A stretch of 62,378 nucleotides of DNA, from assembly GCA_963759805.1 (NCBI GenBank), contig CAVXAT010000009.1, forward strand, positions 1-62,378, in the 5' to 3' direction. Shown here in pieces: positions 10,010 to 19,300 of this stretch. Made by a program: the position numbers and the translations under genes. The stretch's first letter is position 1, and every line of letters begins with the position of its first letter. A model generated the notes under the pieces. It made no database searches. It saw only the letters and a program-made list of their open reading frames with translations, and was not told where the DNA came from. The stretch comes from an uncultured bacterium (GTDB taxonomy: Bacteria; Babelota; Babeliae; Babelales; RVW-14).

Positions 10010-10364
10010 TTAATGTCCCTATAAATTAATATATGGAAAATATAAAAACAAAACACTGTATCCGTGAAAACAATTTCATGATACTGGTAAACATTAAGAG
10101 AAAGTATTCTATCACAGCAGCCAGCAGCCACTAGTACTTAGAAACTTATAAAATAACTGAAAAAACTTTCATAACGGCCCCGCTAAATTTTAAAGGCCCA
10201 ACATGCCATATCCGACGTACTAACTACATCTTAGCATAGCCTATTTCTTTTACAATAGGCCCAAGTTGACTTAATGCTTTCAAATGGCTTAAATCCAAGC
10301 CTCTGATGTATATAAAAATATTTTTAAAATATAAAAAAAGCTTGTAAAAGTCAGGTTGGAAACG

Positions 10365-10373
10365 TGATATAAT
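10365..10373 (+). promoter_or_regulatory. Extended -10 promoter of ssb
   Basis: TG-A-TATAAT about 75 bp upstream of the ATG; AAGGAG RBS at 10435-10440. Confidence 0.45.
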
Positions 10374-10446
10374 GGTTGTAATAAGTACTTATTAACATTA
10401 ACGTTTTTTATATTATTTTATTTTATTTTAATTTAAGGAGCCTAAA

Positions 10447-10911
10447 ATGGCTTATATAAACAAAATTACCATTGTTGGTAACATAACAAAAGATCCAGAG
10501 GTTAGAAAAACCTCTACTGGTACATCTGTATGCTACTTCGGAATAGAGTCAAGTCGCCAATTCAAGAATAGACAGAGTGGCGCAATGGACAAGGAGACCT
10601 GCTTTATTGATGTTAACATTTGGGGTGCACAAGCCGAGGCATCCACTCAATCACTAAAAAAGGGGCTGAATGTTCTTGTTGAGGGCCACATCAAATTCAA
10701 CACCTGGCTGGATCAAACAGGTGTCAAACATGCTAAGCATTTGATCGTTGCTGAGCAAGTAATACCATTTTACGCAAGTCCTGACCAAATAATGAATTCA
10801 GGCAACTCATCGCAACCTAACTCAGTTGCTACAAACGCATCAGTGGCCAATTCTGGCAACGCAGTAATCAATAATAATCCAGCTCAGGATTACGACAATC
10901 TTCCATTTTAG
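10447..10911 (+). CDS. ssb: Single-stranded DNA-binding protein
   Basis: INKITIVGNITKDPEVR OB fold and acidic tail DYDNLPF. Confidence 0.95.
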   Translation: MAYINKITIVGNITKDPEVRKTSTGTSVCYFGIESSRQFKNRQSGAMDKETCFIDVNIWGAQAEASTQSLKKGLNVLVEGHIKFNTWLDQTGVKHAKHLIVAEQVIPFYASPDQIMNSGNSSQPNSVATNASVANSGNAVINNNPAQDYDNLPF

Positions 10912-10936
10912 GAAATAATTAACTTTTCTTTTCTCG

Positions 10937-10968
10937 TGGGACCACATTTAATCGGTGTGGTCCTCATA
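10937..10968 (+). terminator. Hairpin downstream of ssb
   Basis: GGACCACA...TGTGGTCC inverted repeat. Confidence 0.45.
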
Positions 10969-11096
10969 ATTTCTACACAGATCACAAAATTTCACTTCTT
11001 TTAGACCAATTTAACAAAAACTGCTACCTTATACATTCAGTTTTTACTGATTTATAAAGCAAAATATCGCACCTTCAATGAAAGATGTAATTAAAC

Positions 11097-12565
11097 ATGA
11101 ACAAAGTTGTAATCTATGCTCGAGTTTCATCCAAAGAGCAAGAATCTGAAGGCTATTCCATCCCATCTCAATCAAATTATTGAATGAACATGTTGAAAAG
11201 AATAAATTTGCTATCGTTGAAAAGTTTGTTGACGTTGAGACCGCAAAGAAAGCCGGACGACCAGAATTTAACAATATGATTGAGTTCGTAAAGCGTAATA
11301 AGTTTATTAAAGATATCCTGGTAGAGAAAACGGATAGATTGCTACGCAATTTTTCTGATCTTGCAACAATTTATGACGAAATGATTATAGGCTTTGGGGT
11401 TAAGGTTCATTTCGTCAAAGAAGGCATAATACTTGATAAATCATCTAAGTCGACTGATAAGTTTTTCTTTGGACTTAGGGCTTTAATGGCCAAGCAAACG
11501 GTAGATAATCTATCTGAAGAAGTTCGAAAAGGGATGAAAGAAAAGGCTGAGCAGGGAACATTGCCTACGCGTGCACCTTATGGCTATTTAAATGATGGAG
11601 TTAAGGGAAGAAGAGGCATAAAAGTAGATCCAGACGCAGCTTCATATGTAATAAAAATGTTCGAATTATATGCAACTGGAACCTATACACTTTTTACACT
11701 ACGCAAGAAAATGTTTGATGATGGAATCGTCTATAGAAATGGTAAAAATTTTCATAAAAGCATTGTAGAGCGTATTCTAAAAAATGAATTTTACACTGGA
11801 GTGCTTAAGTGGGATGGTTTTAGAAATGAGAATGCTACGCATACTCCAATAGTTAGTAGGGAATTATTTAACCAAGTACAAGGATTGCTCGTGAGTACAA
11901 ATAAACCTAAATCACGTAAGGGTCTATTCCCTTACACAAATCTCATCAAATGTGGACTATGTGGGTGTTATATGACTGCTGAGATTAAAAAGGGAAAATA
12001 CATTTACTATCGCTGTACTGGAAGTAAAGGCAAGTGCGCTCAGATATACATCAAGCAGGAGGCCCTTGATGTTGAATTTGAAAGGGTACTTGAAAGCATT
12101 CATATTCCCGAAGAAGGTCATCGCTTGATTATGAAGGGGCTAAAGGAAAATCTCAGCGAAAAGATAGAATATCATAATACCTGTGTTAAACAGATAGAAT
12201 CACAGATAGCTTTATTGCAAGGTCGTATCGATAGGGCTTACACTGATAAAGTAGACGGAAAGATATGTGAAGAGTTTTGGCAGCAGAACACTGATAAATG
12301 GTTGGCCGAGAAAGAAGAGCTTACTACAAAATTGTTAAGTCTTCAGAAGACGGATACCTATTTCATGGAGAACATAAATTTAATCCTCGAACTCTCCAAA
12401 CAAGCGGCTGAGCTATTTAAGACACAGAATGCTGAAGAAAAGCGTAGATTGATAAAATTGATAACATCGAACTGCATTTTAAAAGATGGGAAGATCGTGC
12501 TGGAGCTGGCTGAACCCTATAATGAAATCATGAAAACCAAGGAATCTGGGAAATGGTGTGCCTAG
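11097..12565 (+). pseudogene. Large serine recombinase (resolvase + recombinase + Zn ribbon + coiled coil), frameshifted near codon 25
   Basis: ATG 11097 gives MNKVVIYARVSSKEQESEGYSIPSQ with the catalytic YARVS motif, then one base is missing near 11170. The rest (GRPEF, DRLLRN, APYGY, CGLCG..YYRC) is in ORF 11180-12565. Confidence 0.88.
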
Positions 12566-12630
12566 CAGGACTCGAACCTGCGGCCTAGCGATTAGGAATC
12601 GCTCGCTCTATCCACCTGAGCTATAGGCAC
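12554..12630 (-). tRNA. tRNA-Arg (CCT), CCA encoded; likely integration site
   Basis: GTGCCTA acceptor stem, anticodon arm AGCGA-TTCCTAA-TCGCT, GGTTCGAGTCC T-arm, ends ACCA. Confidence 0.95.
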
Positions 12631-12641
12631 TCAAAAAAGAG

Positions 12642-12715
12642 TGCGCCCGGCAGGGCTCGAACCTGCAACCTGCGGATTCGAAGTCCGACACTCTATCCAA
12701 TTGAGCTACGGGCGC
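12642..12715 (-). tRNA. tRNA-Arg (TCG), CCA not encoded
   Basis: GCGCCCG acceptor stem, CGGA-CTTCGAA-TCCG anticodon arm, GGTTCGAGCCC T-arm. Confidence 0.93.
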
Positions 12716-12823
12716 ATAAAAATCATTTACTTATTTTTACCAGAGAAATAGAAAAAGAGCGAACATTTTGCATAAATTTTTATTGTATTTTGTATTTAAT
12801 GGGGCTCGAATGCACCTTCACGA

Positions 12824-12951
12824 CTTGTCCCCCATAGCTACCTGCCTGCCCATCGTAGCCACTTGGGCGAAGTTGGGAGCGAAGGGGGAAGGGCATAGGT
12901 GGGCTTGTCATCCGTAGCTATGAGCCCTTGAGGGCGAAAGCGAAGGATGAA
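12824..12951 (+). repeat. Cluster of nested GTAG-type REP-like palindromes (family A)
   Basis: CTTGTCCCCCATAGCT..[CCTGCCCATCGTAGCCACTTGGGCGAAGTTGGG]AGCGAAGGGGGAA, then CTTGTCATCCGTAGCT...AGCGAAGGATGAA. Confidence 0.8.
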
Positions 12952-13216
12952 GCTACGGGCGCACAAAAACATATACTTATATTTACCAGAGAAATGGATA
13001 AAATACCAGGAAATCTAGTCTTTTTCAAAAACATTGTGTAAATCTTGCCAGCCCAAAATATTAATACCCTTGCAAGGCTCCTTTATGCGATTCAATGAGA
13101 CATGTAATGGGTAGTTTGTAAATCTGCAATCCAATTCTGTAATTGTAATGGCATCAAATTAAGTCTGGTAGAAGAGTTGGGAAAAATCATGTAAATAAGG
13201 GGCTTAGTTCATGCAC

Positions 13217-13870
13217 TTAATTTCTATAATATTCCAGAATATAGCGAGTTGGTTTGCCGTCTTCGTAAAAATATCCAATTTCTTTAAAGCCTGCTTTTTT
13301 CAAAGCTTTGTAGCTAGGTTTATTCCAAAGTCTTACATGAGCATTAAAAACGTCTCTGTCGGGATGAAGTCTGAAATAAGTAGAGGAGATAAGTTTTATT
13401 GATTCCTGAATTCTGCCCCCACCGCGATAGTTTTCATTAATCCAGCATCCAAATTGTCCCGGATCGTCCGGGTTTTTTTCGCGAATTTCAAGCGATCCGA
13501 TTAGCTTATTGCTTTTGTTATCAAAAATGATGTACATAAGTTGCTTGCCTTCATGGCATTTTTCCATTTCAATTTTTAAATACCTGATGGTATAACTTAG
13601 AGTTATTGTTTCGGGAAACTCGAGACCTTTTCGTACATTGTTTGAAAACATATTGTGATAATCAATGAAGTAATCCTCTTTGAGTGTGCGCAATGTTACT
13701 AGCTTTCCTTGAATCTCTTCAGGCGGTGTTAGAAGTTGGGTTTGTTTAACGTGTAACCAACCGGATTGGTAAACAAAATATCCTGCCGGTAGTGATAATA
13801 AAAAAGCTAGCAGTAGCCATTTTATAATAGATTTTCTATTGAATATAATTTTCCGAATATTAAAATTCAT
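13217..13870 (-). CDS. RimJ/RimL-type GNAT acetyltransferase with N-terminal transmembrane helix
   Basis: IQGKLVTLRTL, GCWINENYRGGG, WNKPSYKALKKAGF. Confidence 0.82.
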   Translation of the reverse strand: MNFNIRKIIFNRKSIIKWLLLAFLLSLPAGYFVYQSGWLHVKQTQLLTPPEEIQGKLVTLRTLKEDYFIDYHNMFSNNVRKGLEFPETITLSYTIRYLKIEMEKCHEGKQLMYIIFDNKSNKLIGSLEIREKNPDDPGQFGCWINENYRGGGRIQESIKLISSTYFRLHPDRDVFNAHVRLWNKPSYKALKKAGFKEIGYFYEDGKPTRYILEYYRN

Positions 13871-13991
13871 GATTTCTCCCCTCCCTTACTACCCCAAATT
13901 TTAACAAAACTTTGTCCATAAAAATTGTTTTATTATCTGAAGTTTAAACTAATCTGGTTACCTGCAGCAATAAATAAACAAATAAACTGTT

Positions 13992-15614
13992 TTAAAGTGG
14001 TATATTTCCATGCTTTTTCTTTGCCGAAAGTTCGACTTTGTTTTTTAATATTTCAATCGCGCGAATTAGATGATATCGTGTTTTGATCGGTTCGATGATA
14101 GCGTCGATATATCCATTTTCGGCTGCGGTCAAAGGGTTCATGAACTCTTCTTCGTACTGTGTCTCAAGTTTCTGAATAAGCGCTTCTCTGTTTTCAGGAA
14201 GAGCTTTTTCTATTTCAGATCGGTGTAAGATAGCAATTGCACCTTTTGCTCCAAGAACTGCTATTTGAGCGTTGGGCCATGCAAAATTAAAATCTGCACC
14301 GAGTTCTTTGCTGCCCATAACAACGTAAGCTCCACCAAATGCCTTGCGTAAAATTAGTGTGATTTTGGGAACGGTGGCTGAGGCATAAGCGTAAATTAAC
14401 TTTGCACCATGGCGAATTATACCGTTGTGTTCCTGTTCGACCCCCGGTAAAAAACCGGGAACATCAACCAACGAAATTATAGGTATGCAGAATGCATCGC
14501 AAAAATTAATAAATCTTGCAGCTTTGCATGAAGCCTGAATGTCGATTACTCCGGCTTTGACTTTTGGCTGGTTCGCGACCAGTCCGATATTTTTTCCATC
14601 AAGTTTTGCAAATCCAACAACAATATTTGGTGCGAAATATTCATGAACTTCGAAAAAACTTTTTGAATCAAAAATGGAATTAATCAGATGTCTTATGTCA
14701 TAGCCTTGTGAAAAATTTTTAGGGACTAGTCCCGTAGGGAGCAGACCCGTAGTGTCAAGATCCATGGGAGCAAGATTTGCAGGATTAAAACCCGTAGAGT
14801 CAAGACTTGCAGAATCAAGATTCGTAAGATTAAAATCTGCCTGGTGATTCTCTTGAGCCCCTGGTTCAGATAAATAATTTTGTGGCAAATATGACAAAAG
14901 CCTTTTGACCTGTTCCAAGCACTCGTCCTCACTGTTCGCAACAAAGTGTGCAACACCGGACTTTTGTGCATGGACCAATGCCCCACCAAGCTCCTCTTTT
15001 GATACCTTTTCGTGTAAAACCTGTTCTACCACCTGAGGTCCTGTTATAAACATGTTGCTGGTGTTGATAGTTGTAAAAACAAAGTCGGTCAGAGCGGGGG
15101 AGTAGGTTGCACCGCCTGCACATGGGCCAAGAATTATTGAAATTTGAGGAATAATCCCTGAATATTTGACGTTACGCATAAAAATCTGACCATAGCCGGC
15201 AAGAGCGTGAACCCCTTCATCGATACGAGCACCACCTGAATCTATTATTCCAATTATGGGGCAACCAACTTTAGCGGCCATGTCCATGATTTTGCAAATC
15301 TTATCTGCATGTCGCTTGCCAAGAGAGCCACCTTTTATTGTAAAGTCCTGGGCGTAAACGGCAACCTGCCTCCCCTGAATGGTCCCAAAACCGGTTACGA
15401 CGCCGTCTGTTATAAATTTTTCTTCTAAAAACAGTGATTTTGCGAGATGATCAAGTTCTTCAAAACTTTCTTGATCAAGAAGATACTCCAGCCTTTCCCA
15501 CGCAGTTTTTTTCCCTAGTTTATGCTGCCTTTCTGTCTTTTGCTCGATGATATTCGACCCAACCATTGTGCCCATCTGAACGGGCGTTCCCATAATTGCA
15601 ATATCTGCCGACAC
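13992..15614 (-). CDS. pccB: Acyl-CoA (propionyl/acetyl-CoA) carboxylase carboxyltransferase beta subunit
   Basis: DGVVTG, QDFT..GGSLG, DSGGARI, GPCAGG..YSPALTD, DVPGFLPG, RKAFGGAY, KKHGNIPL. Confidence 0.93.
   Translation of the reverse strand: MSADIAIMGTPVQMGTMVGSNIIEQKTERQHKLGKKTAWERLEYLLDQESFEELDHLAKSLFLEEKFITDGVVTGFGTIQGRQVAVYAQDFTIKGGSLGKRHADKICKIMDMAAKVGCPIIGIIDSGGARIDEGVHALAGYGQIFMRNVKYSGIIPQISIILGPCAGGATYSPALTDFVFTTINTSNMFITGPQVVEQVLHEKVSKEELGGALVHAQKSGVAHFVANSEDECLEQVKRLLSYLPQNYLSEPGAQENHQADFNLTNLDSASLDSTGFNPANLAPMDLDTTGLLPTGLVPKNFSQGYDIRHLINSIFDSKSFFEVHEYFAPNIVVGFAKLDGKNIGLVANQPKVKAGVIDIQASCKAARFINFCDAFCIPIISLVDVPGFLPGVEQEHNGIIRHGAKLIYAYASATVPKITLILRKAFGGAYVVMGSKELGADFNFAWPNAQIAVLGAKGAIAILHRSEIEKALPENREALIQKLETQYEEEFMNPLTAAENGYIDAIIEPIKTRYHLIRAIEILKNKVELSAKKKHGNIPL
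14728..14832. repeat. Degenerate 15-bp tandem repeat (about 7 units) in frame in the pccB linker
   Basis: Units such as AGACCCGTAGTGTCA, AAACCCGTAGAGTCA and AGACTTGCAGAATCA encode NLTNL-DSASL-DSTGF-NPANL-APMDL-DTTGL-LPTGL. Confidence 0.75.
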
Positions 15615-15767
15615 CTTACACCCACCTATGTTAAAATACAGCTCTTTAAAATTATTATTTACTTGTACTGGAACACGCAGTATAACATAGAGTATGGTGT
15701 AATCAAATGCCCCCCGGGGGCATGCCAGATACCAAGGATAGTAAGTTTAAAAATGGGAGCGGAGGTA

Positions 15768-16340
15768 ATGAATCAAAATCAAAGGATTCCTCAAAACAAT
15801 TCAAGTGTTGCATGGTTCAAAATTGCCAATCTGATTGAACGAAAAGAACGAGAAAAGGCATTGAGCGTTTATAAGCTTATGTCCCATTCACTGCAGGATA
15901 GAGCATATGCCTTGCAACTGGAGGGTGACATTCTGTGGTATTTTGAAGAGATTCCGGAATCCTGTTTGAAATATCTGCAGTCTGCATTTTTGTACAGAAA
16001 TGCCCAACGTTGGCTTGATGCCGTTTCGCTTTATGAACAAGTTTCCCTTCTTGACCCAAATAATTATGATGCGTTGATTTATTCAGTGCCTTGCTATGCG
16101 CAGCTTGCTTGGGATAAGAAATTTAAACAAAACTTGGAGACGATTTCTGCTTTTGTATCACAGAACCCGTCTGATGAAAAATTGGTTGCCCATTTAATTA
16201 AAAGCCTTGCCGAGGTTGTTCGCGAAATTGATGTTGTGAGTTTTAAAACTCAGTTACATGATAAGTTAGTACAGTTGCTAGCATCAATCCCCAAACATAT
16301 GGCAGAAAAACTTGATCCGGTAGTTAAAAAGTGTCTTTAG
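15768..16340 (+). CDS. Hypothetical TPR-like protein
   Basis: GGAGG RBS before ATG 15768; helical repeats such as ALQLEGDILW and AVSLYEQVSLLDPNN. Confidence 0.75.
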   Translation: MNQNQRIPQNNSSVAWFKIANLIERKEREKALSVYKLMSHSLQDRAYALQLEGDILWYFEEIPESCLKYLQSAFLYRNAQRWLDAVSLYEQVSLLDPNNYDALIYSVPCYAQLAWDKKFKQNLETISAFVSQNPSDEKLVAHLIKSLAEVVREIDVVSFKTQLHDKLVQLLASIPKHMAEKLDPVVKKCL

Positions 16341-16351
16341 TTGCGTATTTT

Positions 16352-19300
16352 TTATAATTCTATAGAGATACCAACGCTACAATCAGTTTGTAGTTTCAAA
16401 AGCGTATCAAGCGCGCAGCTTACTTTTTGTCTTGAAAAAACAGTTAGAAGTTGATCATTTTCATTAAACTTAAATTTAAGTGGAATGCTTCCTGCCGGAA
16501 GCAATGTTTTGATCTGATTCATTTGTGCGTCAGTTGTTGAGCGCGGTAGTTTTAGCGTTAATCCTTGAATGTTTTCACATTTATCGAAGAAGTGTTCGAT
16601 TGGGATCATTTTGTTTGCTTTGATTTTACACTTATTCTGAGAAGTGATATCAAGAGCACCGCGAATTACAAAGACATTGTACTGTCCAAGCAAAGATCCG
16701 ACGTCTTTGAATACTGATGGAAAGACTATGATTTCACAATGACCTGAAAGATCTGCAAGATCGACAAATGCCATGCGATCGCCTTTTTTAGTTGTGATTT
16801 CTTTGTAGCCCTGTACAAAACCCACCACTGTTACAAATGGTTCTTTAACAGAATTAATTGTTTTTATTTTATCTAGGCAATCAGTAAAACTTTCGGTCTT
16901 TAGCCATTTAATCTGGGGATAACTTTTTAGTGGATGTGAGCTTAGATAAAAACCAATGACCTCTTTCTCTTTTTCCAGTTTCTCTTTGTCCGAAAATTCC
17001 GGCAATAATTGAAATGCATAAGCAGGATATCCTGAATCAAGAGATCCTGAATCCCGCCTACGCCCTGCCGTGGCTACGTCGGGCACGGCAAGTTCCTGGC
17101 TTTGTGCTGTTGATTCTGGCTGTGCGCTCATACCAAACAGATCCATCTGCCCTGTTTTTTCTTTCTCCTTTTCTGCGTGGGCTATGTCAATAATCTTATC
17201 AATTTCGGCTATCTTTTGTGCGCGATTGCCCGGCAAGCAGTCGAATGCTCCGGCGTATGTTAAATTTTCAAGGACTCTTTTATTTGCCGTTCGTAAATCC
17301 ACTCTCTTACAAAAATCGAGTAAATCTGAAAATGGCTTTTTATCTCTCTGCTCAAGAATGTTTACAAGTGCTGCTCCCCCAACGTTTTTAATTCCCTGTA
17401 ATCCAAAAACAATTTTTCCCTCAGCCGATTTAAATTCCGAATCAGACAGATTAATATTTGGTGGAATCATCGTTAACCCCATATCCTGAATTTCATGCAG
17501 ATAAAGTTCAAATGCATCAGGGTTGCTTGTTTCTAATGAGATTAAGCTGGCCATAAATTCATTGGGGTAGTGTGATTTTAGATATGCTGTGTGATAGGCA
17601 ATTAAGGCGTAAGCCGTAGAGTGGGATTTATTAAATCCATACCCGGCAAAGTAAGCCATCAAGTCAAACAGTTCGACCGCTTTTTTTTCATCAAATCCAC
17701 GTTCTTTGGAGCCTTTAACAAACAACACCTTTTGTTGCTCCATAACTTCAAATTTTTTCTTACCCATGGCTTTACGCAGAATGTCTGCGCCGCCTAACGT
17801 GTAGCCTGCTATTGCAGATGCAATCTTCATAACCTGTTCTTGATAAACGATGACGCCATAAGTCTCTGACAACACCGGTTCAAGTTCCGGGAACATATAC
17901 GTTGTCTTTTTACGGCCGTGACGACGGTCAATGTAATCGTCGACCATGCCCGAGCCAAGTGGGCCGGGGCGGTAAAGTGCGTTAACTGCAATTAGGTCTT
18001 CAAATTTGTCCGGTTGCAGCTTGCGCAAAACATCTTTAATCCCATCGGATTCAAACTGGAATATTCCGTTTGAATTTCCATCGCACAAAAGTTTAAATGC
18101 CTTGTCATCATAAAGCGGTAGGGTATCAAGATCGATTTCCACGCCATGATTTTTTTTGATGGCTTTCAGCGTGCGGTCAATGACGGTTAAGTTTTTCAGG
18201 CCAAGAAAGTCCATCTTTAAAAAGCCAAGAGCTTCAAGATCGGTCATTGAGTATTGCGAGACTAAATCGTCAGATTTAGATGGAACATAAAGTGGCATTG
18301 TTTCTTGCAGTGCCGTTGGTGATATTACAATTCCGGCCGCATGTTTTGAAGCGTGTCTGGTTAACCCTTCAAGGGTTAAGGCTATCTCAAAAAGTTTCTG
18401 CACTTTTGGATTTGATTGTATTAAATCTTTTAATTTGGGTTCCTGCTCAATGGCTTCTCCCAATGTTATTTTTAACTGCTCCGGAATTAGGTCCGTAATT
18501 GCATTTGCATCTTGAAACGGAAAGCCAAGTACCCGAGCGACATCTTTAAGCACACCTTTGGCCATCATTGTTCCGAATGTAATGATTTGGCATACGCAGT
18601 CATGTCCGTACTTTTCTTTGACGTAATCAATGACTTCTTCTCGTCTTTCGATGCAAAAGTCTATATCTATATCAGGCATGCTTATACGTTCGGGGTTTAG
18701 GAAGCGCTCAAAAAGTAAATTAAATTTTAATGGGTCAACGTTTGTGATCTCAAGCGCCCATGCGACAAGAGATCCTGCGGCAGAACCTCGTCCGGGGCCG
18801 ATGGGAATACCTTGACGTTTTCCCCACTGAATGAAATCACTGACTACCAAAAAGTAGCCCACAAAACCCATTTTTTCAATTAAATCGACTTCGAGTTTTA
18901 AGCGTGCATCGTACTGTTCAAACTGATCCGCAGGGATTAAATTTTTCTGTTTTAATTTATCAAGACCTGTTGTACACAAGTGTTCAAAAAAACTTTCTGG
19001 TGTATGTTGTTCCGGAATTGGGAATTTGGGGAAGAACAGTTTACCAAACACGAAATTAAATTCACATCTGTCTGCTATTTCCCCGGTGTGCCACATGGCG
19101 TCTAGTGCATCCGGGTTGCCTTTAAAAGATTCACGAATTTCTTCTTCTGTCCTGAGGTGTCCCGAAAATTCTCCAAATGAGAATCGCTTAGGGTTGTCTA
19201 TCTGATCTTTTGTTTGTATTGAAAGCAGGACTTCGTGAGCGTCATGATCCTGTTTGTTTACAAAGTGGGCGTCGCAACCGACGGTTAATGGAACTCCCCA

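Noticed and set aside
10447..12565. Prophage
   Set aside because: ssb and a recombinase are present, but there are no structural, terminase or lysis genes in the window.
13015..13200. Possible gene fragment on the minus strand (..GINILGWQDLHNVFEKD*)
   Set aside because: It is short, has no start and no family I can recognise with confidence.
17020..17120. Intein in DnaE
   Set aside because: The insert is only tens of residues and lacks intein terminal motifs. The palindrome plus a 15-bp duplication explains it.
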